The position numbers were made by a program, and so were the translations under genes. A stretch of 64,000 bases of DNA from an uncultured Planctomycetota bacterium (lineage in GTDB: Bacteria; Planctomycetota; UBA1135; GCA-002686595). Within the stretch, counting starts at the first letter, position 1. Each line of letters begins with the position of its first letter. The DNA is taken from the NCBI GenBank assembly GCA_963829015.1, contig CAWHGR010000005.1, positions 12,738-76,737 on the forward strand, written 5' to 3'. The notes below the pieces were generated by a model. It saw nothing but the letters and a program-made list of their open reading frames with translations, was not told the DNA's origin and did not search any database. This document shows positions 1 through 12,638 of the stretch, one piece after another.

Positions 1-32
1 CGCTTATTTTGGTTTTGCGCTCGCCGCGTTGA

Positions 33-983
33 CTAAAGCTCCCATGCACCGTTCCGATAAACGTGGCGCATCCGGCCTGACGCCACCCCCGCCTGTCCGG
101 CTTCCCAGCCCAGCATGGCGCGCTTGCGGGTCAGGCCCCAGTGATAGCCGGTGAGGTCGCCGCCCTTGCCGATGACGCGATGGCACGGCACCACGAAGGA
201 GATCGGGTTCTTGCCGACGGCGGCGCCGACGGCGCGCGCCGCCTTGGGCGCGCGGACATGGGCGGCGATGTCGGAATAGGTGGTGGCGCGGCCCATCGGC
301 ACTTTCAGCAGCGTCTCCCACACCCGCACCTCGAAATCGGTGCCGATCATGACGACCCGCAGCGGCCGGTCGCGCTGCCACAGCTTCGGGATCGAAGATG
401 CGGCGCGCCAGCGCCGCCGTGCGCGGCCGTGTCCTCGCGGAATTGCGCCCGCGGCCAGCGGCCGCGCATGTCGTCGAGCGCCTTGGACTTCCTCGCCGGC
501 GTCGGCGAAGGCGAGGCCGGCAAGGCCGCGCTCCGTCGCGATCACGAGGGCGGTGCCGAACGGGGAGGGATGGAAGCCGTAGGCGAGGGTGAGGCCTTCG
601 CCGCCGGCCTTCCATTGGCCCGGCGACATCGCCTCATGGGTGACGAAGAGGTCGTGCAGCCGCCCCGGTCCCGACAGGCCGACCTCGTAGGCGGCATCGA
701 GCACGCTCGCGGAGTTCGCGCAGCAGGCGTGCGGGCATGGTCGAGCGTGAGCGCCTGGACGAATGCCTTGGGGGTGAGGCCGGCCCAGCGGCGGAACAGG
801 TGATGCAGTTCGTCGCGGCGTGACGCCGGCGGCATGGGCGATCGCCTCGATCTCGGGCTGGGCGCGCCACTGCTCGGAGATGTAGGCGACGGCGCGGCGG
901 ACGACGCGTAGTCGTCGACGGCGCCGGTTGGCAACGTCACGGGCAGGAGCGGGTGACGTCGTGGGGGCGAAGGACATGTTCAT
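33..983 (-). pseudogene. AraC-type HTH / O6-alkylguanine-DNA methyltransferase fusion (Ada-like), multiply frameshifted
   Basis: C-terminus ...KNPISFVVPCHRVIGKGGDLTGYHWG carries the PCHRV alkyltransferase active-site motif. The N-terminal half is an AraC-like HTH, but HLFRRWAGLTPKAFVQALTLDHAR lies in a second frame (ORF 542..940). ALDDMRGRWPRAQF and ARRIFDPE lie in other frames, so there are at least 4 frame switches. Confidence 0.75.
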
Positions 984-1051
984 GGCCCCGATCTAGCCCC
1001 GGCCCTCCCTTCCCGCCACCCGATTCCCGCAAGGCGCGCCGCCGCCAGGGA

Positions 1052-1578
1052 TCACTCGAATACCGTCCGGGTCGGGCCGCGCTTGGCCTCCCCGATCGCC
1101 GCCGCGAGGGCAGCCGCAAAGCTTTCCTTCTCCTGGGGCGGGAGGAAGCTCGCGATCGGAAGCTTGCGTCCCCGCGACACCAGGTACAGGCGCTGGAGGC
1201 CGAATTCCTCGTCGCTCTCGTATTCGAGCCGGGCCCATAGCGGGTTGAGCGTCCATTCCGACACCTGGCCGCGATGGCTGACCTTGCGGACGCGCAGCTC
1301 CGACGGCATCACCACCACCTCCTCATAGGCGGCGGCGGCGCGATAATTGGCGCGAAACGCCCAGTACACCAGCAGCACGTCGAGCCCGAAGAAGCCGAAC
1401 ACCGGCCACGCCCCGATCAGCAGGAACACCGATTCCCGGCGGCGAAGCTGACCGCGCCCAGCACCGCCATGACCAGCACGAAACCGGCCCGGCTGAGCGA
1501 GCGGTGCGGCGTCAGCCGCGCCGCAAACAGCGCCGGTTCGTGTTGGTCGCTTTCGTGGCCGGCATTGCCTGGGGTCAT
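1052..1578 (-). pseudogene. DUF2244-type integral membrane protein, one frameshift near 1435
   Basis: A reverse-strand ATG at 1578 gives [41 protein letters not shown]. After a 1-nt shift it continues ...[29 protein letters not shown]...LYLVSRGRKLPIASFLPPQEKESF. This pattern is typical of alphaproteobacterial DUF2244 proteins. Confidence 0.6.
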
Positions 1579-1583
1579 GAGGA

Positions 1584-2401
1584 TTGATTATAGGAACGAT
1601 ATGGGCCGAAACACCAATCACAAGACCGCGAAGGTCAAGCTCGAAGACGGCCCTGGCGCGCAAGCCCGCCGAGGGCTCGCGAAAGCCCAAGGCTCTCAGC
1701 CAAGCTTCCAAGACCAAGGCTCCCAAGACCAAGGCTCCCAAGCAAAAGCCCTGGACCAAAGCCGAGATCGAGGAGGCGTTCGCGCGCCTGCGCGAGGCCA
1801 ATCCGGAGCCACGCGGCGAACTCGAGCACGTCAACCCCTACACGCTGCTGGTGGCGGTCGTGCTGTCGGCGCAGGCGACCGATGCCGGGGTCAACAAGGC
1901 GACGCGCGCGTTGTTCGCGCAGGTCGATACGCCGGAAAAGATGGTGGCGCTCGGCGAGGCGAAGCTGCGCGACGCCATCAAGACCATCGGCCTGTTCAAC
2001 ACCAAGGCGAAGAACGTCATCGCGCTGTCGCACAAGCTCATCGCCGAGCACGGCGGCGTGGTGCCGCGCGAGCGCGCGGTGCTGGAGACGCTGCCCGGCG
2101 TCGGCCGCAAGACCGCCAACGTCGTTCTCAACGTCGCGTTCGGCGAGGAGACCTTCGCGGTCGACACCCACGTCTTCCGCGTCGGCAACCGCACCGGAAT
2201 GGCGCCGGGCAAGACGCCGCTCGAGGTCGAGCTCAAGCTGGAAGCAGCTGGTGCCGCCGGCGTACCGCCTGCCACGCCCATCACTGGCTGATCCTGCACG
2301 GCCGCTACATCTGCAAGGCGCAGCGCCCGCTGTGCGAGAAATGCCCGATCAACGATCTGTGCCGCTGGCCGGAAAAGACCACGTTCATGGCGCGCGCATA
2401 G
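1584..2401 (+). pseudogene. nth: Endonuclease III (Nth) with two 1-nt frame shifts near 2243 and 2272; start uncertain (TTG 1584 or ATG 1601 in another frame)
   Basis: [24 protein letters not shown]...[36 protein letters not shown] is the HhH-GPD core. ELKLE (frame 1) is followed by [10 protein letters not shown] (frame 3) and then [35 protein letters not shown] (frame 2), which holds the Fe-S Cys cluster. Confidence 0.85.
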
Positions 2402-3125
2402 GGCCCTCGACCAGCTCGCGTTTGCGACCCGTAATGCGCTTGTGGATATGCACCATGAGCGCGGTGCCGAACAGCGGCGTCGCGAGGTTGAGGATCGGTA
2501 TCGACACGAAGCCGGCGATGAACAGGCCGCCGATGAAGACGGTCGTCTGGTGGATCCGCCGCAGCGCCTTGGCTTCGGCCACCGAATGGAATCGCATGGC
2601 GGCGAGCTCGAAATACTGCCGCCCCTGGACCCAGGCGGTGGCGAGAAAGAACAGCACCACGCCGATGCCCGCGAACAACAGGAACGGCGCAGCGACGAGA
2701 TAGATCGCGACCGCCAGCAGCGCGATCTTGGCGCCTTCGACGGTGGAGCGGAGGAGCGGCAACGCGCGACCCGGCGGGTCGGCCGGATAATGCGAGCGCT
2801 CCACGATCTCGGCGATCTCGTCGGCGAACAGGCTCGCCACCACCGCGGTGACCGCCGGCATCAGCAGCACCGCGCCGGCCAGGAGCCCGACGCCGAGCGC
2901 GACCGCGACGATCCAGCCGGCGACCGCGAGCGTTCCGTGCGCCCATGACCCGAGCGCCGTCTCGAGCCAGGTGATGCCGGTGCCGGACAGCCATTCGAGC
3001 AGCCGGAACAGAACAATGACCAGCACCACGAGAAGGGCGACGGCGAGCCCGACCGACTTGAGCAGCACCGTGCGGAACGGCGCCGTGAACATCTGGTCGA
3101 GGGCCTTGAATACCGCCGCAAGCAT
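2385..3125 (-). CDS. EI24/CysZ-like membrane protein
   Basis: Begins at the internal Met [34 protein letters not shown]. It has several hydrophobic helices and the family-like segment [23 protein letters not shown]. Confidence 0.6.
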   Translation of the reverse strand: MLAAVFKALDQMFTAPFRTVLLKSVGLAVALLVVLVIVLFRLLEWLSGTGITWLETALGSWAHGTLAVAGWIVAVALGVGLLAGAVLLMPAVTAVVASLFADEIAEIVERSHYPADPPGRALPLLRSTVEGAKIALLAVAIYLVAAPFLLFAGIGVVLFFLATAWVQGRQYFELAAMRFHSVAEAKALRRIHQTTVFIGGLFIAGFVSIPILNLATPLFGTALMVHIHKRITGRKRELVEGPMRAP

Positions 3126-3256
3126 CGCGTCGCTCTCCGCGCCGAATGGCAGAGGTAGTGGACTGCCCGTCGCCCGGCAAGGTGGCGTCGGATTCCCTTG
3201 CCGTACGCGCCGGGGACCGGTAGATGTAGCCCACACACCAACACGGATTGCGAGCG

Positions 3257-3547
3257 ATGCTCGAACTGCTGCGGTTCATCAACTTTCTTCTCGATATCTA
3301 CATTTTCGTGCTGTTCGCCGCCGCGATCCTGAGCTGGCTGATCGTGTTCAACGTGGTCAACACCCGCAATCCGGCGGTGGCGATGATCGGCGAGTTTCTC
3401 TACCGCGTCACCGAGCCGGTGCTGCGGCCGATCCGCAACCGGCTGCCGAATTTCGGCGGCATCGACATTTCGTTCATCGTCGTCATCCTGATCATCTATT
3501 TCATCCAGTGGGTCATCATCCCGAATCTCGCGCGGGCCTTCATTTAG
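3257..3547 (+). CDS. yggT: YggT family membrane protein
   Basis: [78 protein letters not shown] is a typical YggT repeat signature. Confidence 0.8.
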   Translation: MLELLRFINFLLDIYIFVLFAAAILSWLIVFNVVNTRNPAVAMIGEFLYRVTEPVLRPIRNRLPNFGGIDISFIVVILIIYFIQWVIIPNLARAFI

Positions 3548-3879
3548 TGACGGTTATCCACGACAGGCCGTGGGCGGCGTGCGCCGATGGCCTGGTCGTC
3601 ACCGTGCGTCTCACGCCGCGCGGCGGCCGCGATTTGATCGAGGGCGTGGAAACCCGTGCCGACGGGCGTTGCGTGCTCAAGGCGCGGGTCCGTGCCGCCG
3701 CGACCGAGGGCGAGGCGAACGATGCGCTGACGCGCCTCATCGCCCGTTCGGCCGGCGTCGCCCCCAGTGCGGTCCGCCTGATCGGCGGGGCGACCTCACG
3801 CATCAAGCGCCTTCACATCGGCGGCGATCCCGGTGCGCTCGCCGTCGCGCTCACCCGCGTCATGGAGGCCGCGTCGTGA
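3547..3879 (+). CDS. DUF167 (YggU-like) protein
   Basis: The GTG start overlaps the yggT stop. Sequence ...[21 protein letters not shown]...[46 protein letters not shown], together with the conserved yggT-yggU gene order. Confidence 0.7.
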   Translation: MTVIHDRPWAACADGLVVTVRLTPRGGRDLIEGVETRADGRCVLKARVRAAATEGEANDALTRLIARSAGVAPSAVRLIGGATSRIKRLHIGGDPGALAVALTRVMEAAS

Positions 3880-4757
3880 CCGCAGCCCTGATCGACGGCA
3901 AAGCCGTTGCGACCGCGTTGCGCGCCCGCGTGATGACGGCGGTCCGAGGCCTCGCCGAGGGCCACGGCGTCGTTCCCGGCCTCGCCGTGGTGCTGGTGGG
4001 CGACGATCCCGCGAGCGAGGTCTATATCGGTGCCAAGAAGAAGATGTCCGCCGAAACCGGCATGAGGTCGATCGACCATCGGCTCGCGGCATCGACGAGC
4101 CAGGCCGCGTTGCTGGCGCTGCTCGCGAGGCTCAACGAGGATCGCGACGTCCATGGCATTCTGGTCCAGCTTCCGCTGCCGCCCCAGATCGATCCTCACG
4201 CGGTGATTGCGGCGATCGATCCCGGCAAGGACGTCGACGGATTTCACCCTCTCAATGTCGGCCGCATCGCGATCGGGCTTCCGGCGCTCGCGCCGTGCAC
4301 GCCGCAGGCCTGCATCGTGCTGGCCAAGACCGTGCATGCGTCCCTCGCCGGCCTCGATGCGCTGGTGATCGGCCGCTCGACCATCGTCGGCAAGCCGCTC
4401 GCCCAGCTTCTCATCGCGCAGAGCGCGACGGTCACGGTGGCGCATTCCAAGACCAGGGACCTGCCCGCGGCGTCGCGGCGGGCCGATCTCGTATTTGCGG
4501 CGATCGGCCGTCCCGAGCTCGTCCGGGGCGACTGGATCAAGCCGGGCGCGACGGTGATCGATGTCGGCACCAACCGGGTGATGCGCGAAGGCAGGCACCG
4601 CGTCGTCGGCGATGTCGCCTTCGAGGAAGCGCGCGAGGTCGCCGCAGCGATCACGCCGGTGCCCGGCGGCGTCGGCCCGATGACCATCGCCTGCCTGCTC
4701 GCCAATACGGTCAGGGCCGCCTGCAGCCTTTCAGGCCTGCCGGCGCCGGCGTTGTGA
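3876..4757 (+). CDS. folD: Bifunctional methylenetetrahydrofolate dehydrogenase/cyclohydrolase
   Basis: IDGKAVA...[23 protein letters not shown]...[10 protein letters not shown]...[11 protein letters not shown]...PCTPQACI...[16 protein letters not shown]...TVAHSKT...[15 protein letters not shown] is a full-length FolD signature. Confidence 0.92.
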   Translation: MTAALIDGKAVATALRARVMTAVRGLAEGHGVVPGLAVVLVGDDPASEVYIGAKKKMSAETGMRSIDHRLAASTSQAALLALLARLNEDRDVHGILVQLPLPPQIDPHAVIAAIDPGKDVDGFHPLNVGRIAIGLPALAPCTPQACIVLAKTVHASLAGLDALVIGRSTIVGKPLAQLLIAQSATVTVAHSKTRDLPAASRRADLVFAAIGRPELVRGDWIKPGATVIDVGTNRVMREGRHRVVGDVAFEEAREVAAAITPVPGGVGPMTIACLLANTVRAACSLSGLPAPAL

Positions 4758-4828
4758 GGGAGCAAAGGCGCTCCCAAGCCATTAAAGGGTGACTTCCCGA
4801 ACAACGGGACGTAGCGGCACGCGCGAAC

Positions 4829-5623
4829 TCACCCCGCCGGCTTGCCCTTCATCATGCCGTCCGCCTCCAGAGCTTGGTCGATCGCGGGACCCTGAAGGAA
4901 CCTGATCATCGCACGTGCCGCTTTTTCGTCATTGGCGTGCTTGCCGATCACAGCGGAGATGATCACCGGCACCTGCAGTTCCGCCATCACCGGTCCAAGG
5001 TTTTTCAGCGCCTTGTTGGGAATGATCTCACTGAGCGGGTACAAGTTGAGCTCGTACTCACCGGGCGCGAGTTCCACTTTGGTCCTCTCCCTGCTCGAGT
5101 CTTTGACCAAATCCGCAATTCCCAGCGTGGAAAGGACCTTTTTGACCGTCAAGATGGCTGCGCCCGTCGGTGCGTACCTGACGGACTTGGCGTTCAGCAT
5201 TGCGGTCTTCAGAGCCGCGGGTGTGCCGACATCGACATTGGGCGCGTCTCCTCGCAGCCCGATGGCCACATTCACGCGCGCGATTTCATGACTCTCCGGC
5301 AGAATTTTTCCCTGCCGCAGCAGCTCCTCGTTGACGTCGGGGAGCAGAAGCGCGACCTCGAAATCCTGCCCCGCAAGAATCTCGTCTCTCAGGTTTCCGC
5401 GGGCCGAGCCGTACTCGACCACCAATGGGTGGCCGACCACTTGCTGTGCCTGCGCAAGCACCGCGTCGAGCGGCTCGCGGATCGCCGCGGTTGCGATGAC
5501 ACGCAGGTCGCCCGGCTTGGCATCGGCGACCTTCGGACCGCTAAAACCTTGAGCGCAGGCGAGCCCGCCCTGAAGAAGGAACCATGTGACGGCGAATTGG
5601 AAGACGGCGGCTGGAAATTTCAT
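4829..5623 (-). CDS. Periplasmic substrate-binding protein, ModA/molybdate-binding-like
   Basis: Signal peptide MKFPAAVFQFAVTWFLLQGGLACAQG, then LRVIATAAIREPLDAVL...VVEYGSARGNLRDEILAGQDFEVALL...YPLSEIIPNK, a type-2 periplasmic binding fold pattern. Confidence 0.55.
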   Translation of the reverse strand: MKFPAAVFQFAVTWFLLQGGLACAQGFSGPKVADAKPGDLRVIATAAIREPLDAVLAQAQQVVGHPLVVEYGSARGNLRDEILAGQDFEVALLLPDVNEELLRQGKILPESHEIARVNVAIGLRGDAPNVDVGTPAALKTAMLNAKSVRYAPTGAAILTVKKVLSTLGIADLVKDSSRERTKVELAPGEYELNLYPLSEIIPNKALKNLGPVMAELQVPVIISAVIGKHANDEKAARAMIRFLQGPAIDQALEADGMMKGKPAG

Positions 5624-5641
5624 CTCGATATCTCCCCTCGC

Positions 5642-6187
5642 TTATTTGTTTTCCGGCGCCCCCGGAAGCGGCTCTGGCTTGAACGGCGAAATATCGTCAT
5701 CATCGCGCCAGACCACGCGCTTCTTGAACCTCCAGCCCTGCGGAGTCTTTACCAGCGTGTCGTCGTAAATCGCGGTTTCCACAATCGTCGCCGGGATGTT
5801 TCGCGCGTTGAAGAGAAGCAGGTAGACCGAACCTTTCGCACCCTCCGGTGTCGGCGTGACAACAAGGTTGGCGGTAAAGTGACGCAAGCCGCCGCGGCTG
5901 CCCATTTTCAATAGCGCGTCTTTGCCTTTGGCCGGGTTTCGAACTTCGCCGCCTCGGCCCGGTCCTCTTCCTCCGGTGAACTCACCATCGATGACGAAGG
6001 TCGAAGCGAAACGCTCGCCTTCGCCCTTGTCGAGGGCGTGAGCATAGTTGGCGTAGAGCTGTTGGATTTCGACATAGTCATCGGCCGTCAGTTTCGGAGC
6101 GGCGCCGGCATCGGCAGCTGCAGCCGGACGGAACGCGGCCAGCGCAGCCAACATCGCTCCGGCAGAAAAAACGCTGCGTCGCAACAT
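5642..6187 (-). CDS. Secreted SnoaL/NTF2-like domain protein
   Basis: The internal Met MLRRSVFSAGAMLAALAAFRPAAA is a signal peptide. It is followed by DDYVEIQQLYANYAHALDKGEGERFASTFVIDGEF...LRHFTANLVVTP, which is NTF2-like. Confidence 0.5.
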   Translation of the reverse strand: MLRRSVFSAGAMLAALAAFRPAAAADAGAAPKLTADDYVEIQQLYANYAHALDKGEGERFASTFVIDGEFTGGRGPGRGGEVRNPAKGKDALLKMGSRGGLRHFTANLVVTPTPEGAKGSVYLLLFNARNIPATIVETAIYDDTLVKTPQGWRFKKRVVWRDDDDISPFKPEPLPGAPENK

Positions 6188-6485
6188 AAGGGCCTCCTCC
6201 TCTGGTGGTCGCTGGACTGATTTGCGCGAGCGCCGACGCGTTTTTTTGCCGTCCGCCCCGACGCGCGATGAGCGTTTCCGACACCTACCCTTCCAGTAGC
6301 GGGGCGTTCGGGTCACCAAGATATGGTAACAGACAGGCAGTCCACCAGAACAGCCGATCAGCTCACGCTACCGTGTCAGAAATGATCTGTGCCGCAGGAG
6401 GCGCGCGCTCTCTCTGTCCCCTTTCGGGGAGCCAGGGGTGGCGACGTCTCGGCCCGCCTTGCTCGCTTTTCTGGACAGTCGCGGC

Positions 6486-6995
6486 TCACGCCTGCCAGGC
6501 GTAGGCCACCTTATCGAGGGTCTTTTCGCCGAATTTCTCGCAGGAACGGGCGACCGGGCGGCCGCCGAGCGCGCGATAGAACTCGACCGCGGACTCATTG
6601 TCCGACAGGGCCCATACCACGAGGCTGCGAATCCCGCTCTGGGCGAGGTCACGCCGTGCCGCGGTGAACAGCCGGCGCCCGAAGCCGAGGCCTTGAAATT
6701 CCGGCCGCAGGTAAAGCTCGTAGATTTCGCCGTCATAGGTCAGGCTGCGCGCACGGTTGCGCCCGTAATTCGCATAGCCTGCAAGGGTGTCACCGAACGC
6801 CAGGATCGAGATGCGGCTGCCCTTGCGAATGGCGCCTTCCCACCACTGCGCGCCGCGCCGGTTGATCAGCTTGTCGAGCTCCGGTCCCGGGATGATCCCC
6901 TGATAGGCGGTGCGCCACGCATCGTCATGGGTGGCGGCCAAAGCGACGGCGTCCGGCGCCTTGGCGCGGCGGATTTCGATGAGGCTCGTATTCAT
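6486..6995 (-). CDS. GNAT family N-acetyltransferase
   Basis: IRRAKAPDAVALAATHDDAWRTAY...GEIYELYLRPEFQGLGFGRRLFTAARRDLAQSGIRSLVVWALSDNESAVEFYRALGG contains the acetyl-CoA binding motif Q/RxxGxG/A. Confidence 0.8.
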   Translation of the reverse strand: MNTSLIEIRRAKAPDAVALAATHDDAWRTAYQGIIPGPELDKLINRRGAQWWEGAIRKGSRISILAFGDTLAGYANYGRNRARSLTYDGEIYELYLRPEFQGLGFGRRLFTAARRDLAQSGIRSLVVWALSDNESAVEFYRALGGRPVARSCEKFGEKTLDKVAYAWQA

Positions 6996-7288
6996 GTGCG
7001 GATTAGCGCCGGCACGGCCGCTCCCCTTTTCCCCGACATTAACGATCCCTTAATGATCGGATTATCGCGGCTGCGCCGGCAAAATCAACTGCCTAGCCGG
7101 GCGCGGCCAAATCGCTTGGCCGAACGTGGCGGTTTCGCAACACTTTTCTGAAAGCTGCGTCGTATTGGCACGCCCAGCAGTGAAATCTGTGGAGAATGCG
7201 TGAGATTTTTTCGGGTGGCCAACCCAGCGCCGGAACGGCCGAGGCACCGTTTCCGCTCGATTGCAGGGGCGATCGACGGGAAAAAGCG

Positions 7289-9115
<1,827 letters not shown>

Positions 9116-9350
9116 GCGGGAATGCTCGTTGATATGGGAAGAGAATCCGTGGCCGGCCGGAACATGCCGGCCTGCCGGCTCATGCTTCGGGACGATCGGT
9201 TCTCATCACAAATGGTTCCGGGTCGGGGTTCGAGCACACGCACGAACCCCGAAGTGACGCCTTCTCTGACAGAGCCGCTAATTTGCGCGGAATATAGTGT
9301 TTCGCGGCCGTTGTGCAACGCGAAAAGTGGCGGAATTCGTCACCTTCGCA

Positions 9351-10868
9351 TCATTCCGCGGCGGCGATGTGCAACGGCACCACTTCCGTCACAGGGGCTG
9401 CAGTGACAGGCACCACGCCCTGGGCGGTCAATATGGCCCGGCGCTCGGAGATCGCGCTCTGCGCCTGATTGAGCGCGATCGAAAAGGCAACCATGGCGGA
9501 TTTGTCGAGGTCGTTGCGCTCGACCTGATGCATGGTGCGCCGGACCAGGTCGTCGACGTCGCAGCGCAGCTTGTCGAGCTGCTCGTGGGTCTCCGCGTAG
9601 CGAGAGGTCCCGGCAATGTCGAGCAGAGTTTCCAGAGCCCTGAGCTTGCGGATGCGGTCGTCCGCCCGCGAATAGCTCGCGAGCCAGGCTGCACCGGAGC
9701 CGAAGCCGGAAAACACCATGATGCCGAGATAGATGAAATCGCTGTATTTGTCGAAGAAGGTCTTCTGCTCGTCGTCGATGAAGGCGGCCGCGCCGGGATG
9801 CGCGAGCACCGCCGCATCCTTGTCGGTGTCCGGCTTCGTCATCTGCGCGATGGCCGGATAGTCGGAGGCGAGGCTCTGGCGGACGCCGAACAACAGCTTG
9901 GTGACGTCGCCGGCCAGCGCATCGGAGAGAGACTTCCGCGCCACGATGTAATGGGAGAAGCCGATCGTATCGATATCCTCTTCGGGCAGCGGCGAGTGCC
10001 CGCCGAACACGCCTTTCTTGATTTCGGTGGCTTCGTAGACCGGCAGCCGCTTGGCGATCGCCGCGGCGCCGCCGATCTCCAGGAATTTCGGCTGCTCGTT
10101 GCCCTTGCTGGCCGCGGCGATGGCATCGGCGAAAACGGGGTTCGTTACCGGCCCGGCGCCGAACACCACATCGACCGGATTGTTGCGCAGCGCGGTCTTC
10201 ACGTCGTCAGGATCGAGGGAGACGATTTTCACCTTGTCGGCGGGAACCTCGTATTGCTTGAGAACGAGATTGAGGAGATCGGTATTGGCGCCGCCGCGGC
10301 CGATGACCCCGACGGTGCGCCCGGCGATCTGCTCCACTTTCTCGATCTTTTTCCCGGTCGTCTTCGTCGTCGCGGTCTTGGAACGCTTTGCAGACGCGCC
10401 GACCGCCGCCAGCGAGCCCGGCGCCGGTACGATCATCACCACGACGTTCTCGCGCAGCACGGCGACCGCCAGGCCTTGCTTGGGATAGGCGCGGTCGCGG
10501 CGGATGACGGCGAGCTCGGCCTGGTCGCCATCGAGCGCGGCAGCACTCTCGGTGGCGCTGTTCTTGAGGATCGGTTTCAGCCGTATGGTCGCCCGGTCAC
10601 GCGCCAATTGCTGGGCGATGGCCTGGACCAGACGCGCATCCTCGCCGTCGGCCGGCCCGACCGCGATGCGCAGGGTGGTCGGCTGCGACTCCACATACAG
10701 CGCGGCGCCGATCAGGCTGCCGAACAGCAGCAGCACCCCCAGCGTGATGAGCCAGGTCTGCCGGAGCATGATGCGCAGGCGCCGCTGGGTGTCGCGGCTG
10801 TTCATCGGACCGAAGATCCGTCGCGTCAGGACGAACCAGGATACGACGTAAAGTCGACGCAGCTTCAT
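9351..10868 (-). CDS. TAXI-family TRAP solute-binding-like protein with extra membrane/C-terminal region
   Basis: N-terminal TM helix, then TLRIAVGPADGEDARLVQAIAQQL...AELAVIRRD...VGVIGRGGANTDLLNLVLKQYEVPADKVKIVSL (TAXI-like). A later hydrophobic segment FIYLGIMVFSGFGSGAAWL follows. An alternative start is possible at 10805. Confidence 0.5.
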   Translation of the reverse strand: MKLRRLYVVSWFVLTRRIFGPMNSRDTQRRLRIMLRQTWLITLGVLLLFGSLIGAALYVESQPTTLRIAVGPADGEDARLVQAIAQQLARDRATIRLKPILKNSATESAAALDGDQAELAVIRRDRAYPKQGLAVAVLRENVVVMIVPAPGSLAAVGASAKRSKTATTKTTGKKIEKVEQIAGRTVGVIGRGGANTDLLNLVLKQYEVPADKVKIVSLDPDDVKTALRNNPVDVVFGAGPVTNPVFADAIAAASKGNEQPKFLEIGGAAAIAKRLPVYEATEIKKGVFGGHSPLPEEDIDTIGFSHYIVARKSLSDALAGDVTKLLFGVRQSLASDYPAIAQMTKPDTDKDAAVLAHPGAAAFIDDEQKTFFDKYSDFIYLGIMVFSGFGSGAAWLASYSRADDRIRKLRALETLLDIAGTSRYAETHEQLDKLRCDVDDLVRRTMHQVERNDLDKSAMVAFSIALNQAQSAISERRAILTAQGVVPVTAAPVTEVVPLHIAAAE

Positions 10869-11228
10869 GGCCTGTCTGTCTCCCCCGCAACGTTGGACCG
10901 CCGGCGAGCGGCGGTGGACGGGGATCGGCTAATCGGACCTGTCAATCATAGCACCTGCCGATTGTCGGCTAAATAGCACAATCGACTATGGTTATTTGTC
11001 CGTGCGCGGCACGGATTTCAACCGGCGAGTCGGCGAAGTCTTCGACGAAAAAGTCGGCGGCACAGAGGCAAGATGGCCGAACATGCCTCCCGGCTGGCCT
11101 GCCGGGGCGATGGGATAACGGATTGCTGGAAAAACAACGCTGGATCAAAAGGTTGATCTTATTGACCGAGGGGACGCGCGGTGGGTTCGGTTGGGCGCAC
11201 CGACGCCATCCAGGAGTGTGGCTTGAGA

Positions 11229-11576
11229 CTATGGACCCAGGTGTCGGACGGGGTCCATACGCTCATGAAGGACACGGAGGATTTCGATTAGATTTGGCTG
11301 CAGCGCCTGGTAGTAGATCAGATGAACGGGGCTGCTCACCTTTTGCTCAGATGTCTTGGCCCGCACGTGCCTCGTGTGAAAGCTGCGAAGCCCTGGCATC
11401 ACCTCGCTGCGGCTTCGAGTCATCCGACCTTGAGGGTCGGCCGCGACCGCGTGCATTGCCGCGGTAAGGAGTGCGGCATAACGGCGCCTGCCTCGAGTCC
11501 CCCATTGTCGCGTGCTCGTTGCCAGGATTTTTCGGATATCTGAACGTGCCAGCGCGGATACGCGAAAACGCGCCAT
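11229..11576 (-). CDS. parE: Type II toxin, ParE/RelE family
   Basis: [26 protein letters not shown]...[18 protein letters not shown]...GLRSFHTRH...[24 protein letters not shown] is a classical ParE pattern. It starts 3 nt after the antitoxin stop. Confidence 0.8.
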   Translation of the reverse strand: MARFRVSALARSDIRKILATSTRQWGTRGRRRYAALLTAAMHAVAADPQGRMTRSRSEVMPGLRSFHTRHVRAKTSEQKVSSPVHLIYYQALQPNLIEILRVLHERMDPVRHLGP

Positions 11577-11579
11577 TTG

Positions 11580-11861
11580 TCAGCGCGAAGATTTGCCGGC
11601 CGGCGAAATCAGCTCTTCGAAGAAGACGTCCAGGTCCGCCTCATCTACTTCCGTGAAATCACCACGATCGATGGCCTCGCGCCCGGCTTTGATTTGCAAG
11701 CGCAATGCCTTCAATTTCAATGTGTCTTCCTGCCGGCGCTGCCGCAGGACGCGGAGCGCATCGCGAACAGCCTCACTGGCATTCTGATACTCGCCCGACT
11801 TGATCACGTCTTCGATGAAAGCGTCTTGATCCGCGGTGAGGCTGATGTTCCGTGTCGGCAT
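11580..11861 (-). CDS. parD: Type II antitoxin, ParD (COG3609-type)
   Basis: [69 protein letters not shown] is the ParD4-like ribbon-helix-helix signature. Confidence 0.8.
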   Translation of the reverse strand: MPTRNISLTADQDAFIEDVIKSGEYQNASEAVRDALRVLRQRRQEDTLKLKALRLQIKAGREAIDRGDFTEVDEADLDVFFEELISPAGKSSR

Positions 11862-12128
11862 GTCCGGTGTCTCCTCAGGCACCGCCGGAAACTATCAAAA
11901 ATGGCAAAATTTGCCAACATTCGCTGGGCTGCCCCGGGCAGGCCCAGGGCGACCGGCGAGTTTTGTCGCCTCGAGCCCGAGGCTGCGCCAATCCGCTATA
12001 GGCAGCCCACCCCGTCCTGCGCTATGTTGGCGCGGCCGGGGACGGTCGCTTTCTCCGCCGTCTCCGCGCCGGCAATCCGCATTCAAGCGAAGCTAATTCG
12101 CTGCACAACTTGCCTTGCGAGGACGCTC

Positions 12129-12620
12129 ATGGCCAAGCTCAACATCAATGGACGGGTACGTGACGTGCAGGTCGAGCCCGACACGCCGCTCTTGTGGGTG
12201 ATCCGCGAGCAGGTCGGCCTCACCGGCACCAAATACGGCTGCGGCGTCGCCCAGTGCGGCGCCTGTTCGGTGCACATCAACGGCGAGGTGACGCGCTCCT
12301 GCTCGATCCGGGTCGGCGACGTCAAGGCGAGCGACAAGATCGTCACCATCGAGGGCCTGTCGGCGACCAGCTCGCATCCGGTGCAGAAGGCCTGGGCGGC
12401 GATCGACGTGCCGCAATGCGGCTACTGCCAGTCCGGCCAGATCATGGCGGCGGCGGCGCTGCTCAAGAAGACCCCGAAGCCGACCGACAAGGACATCGAC
12501 GACGCGATGACCAATATCTGTCGCTGCGGCACCTATCAGCGCATCCGCACGGCGGTGCATATGGCGGCCGGCATGGCCGAGGCGGCAAGTCCGCCGACAG
12601 TCACCGGTCACAAAGTCTGA
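12129..12620 (+). CDS. (2Fe-2S)-binding small subunit of molybdopterin oxidoreductase (IorA/aldehyde dehydrogenase alpha type)
   Basis: [53 protein letters not shown]...[19 protein letters not shown]...[11 protein letters not shown] contains both [2Fe-2S] Cys motifs. Confidence 0.9.
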   Translation: MAKLNINGRVRDVQVEPDTPLLWVIREQVGLTGTKYGCGVAQCGACSVHINGEVTRSCSIRVGDVKASDKIVTIEGLSATSSHPVQKAWAAIDVPQCGYCQSGQIMAAAALLKKTPKPTDKDIDDAMTNICRCGTYQRIRTAVHMAAGMAEAASPPTVTGHKV

Positions 12621-12638
12621 GGCTCGAGGAGGTCCGCC

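Noticed and set aside
1708-1737. Two perfect 15-bp tandem copies (ccaagaccaaggctc) in the nth 5' region
   Set aside because: They encode a short [10 protein letters not shown] stretch in the Lys/Ala/Pro-rich N-terminal extension typical of alphaproteobacterial Nth. There are only two copies and no evidence of function beyond low-complexity coding sequence.
10869-11228. 360-bp gene-free region next to the parDE module as a possible tRNA fragment, att site or sRNA
   Set aside because: The segment ggtgggttcggttgggcgcacc only vaguely resembles a T-arm. No acceptor stem or matching repeat was found elsewhere in the window, and nothing supports a call.
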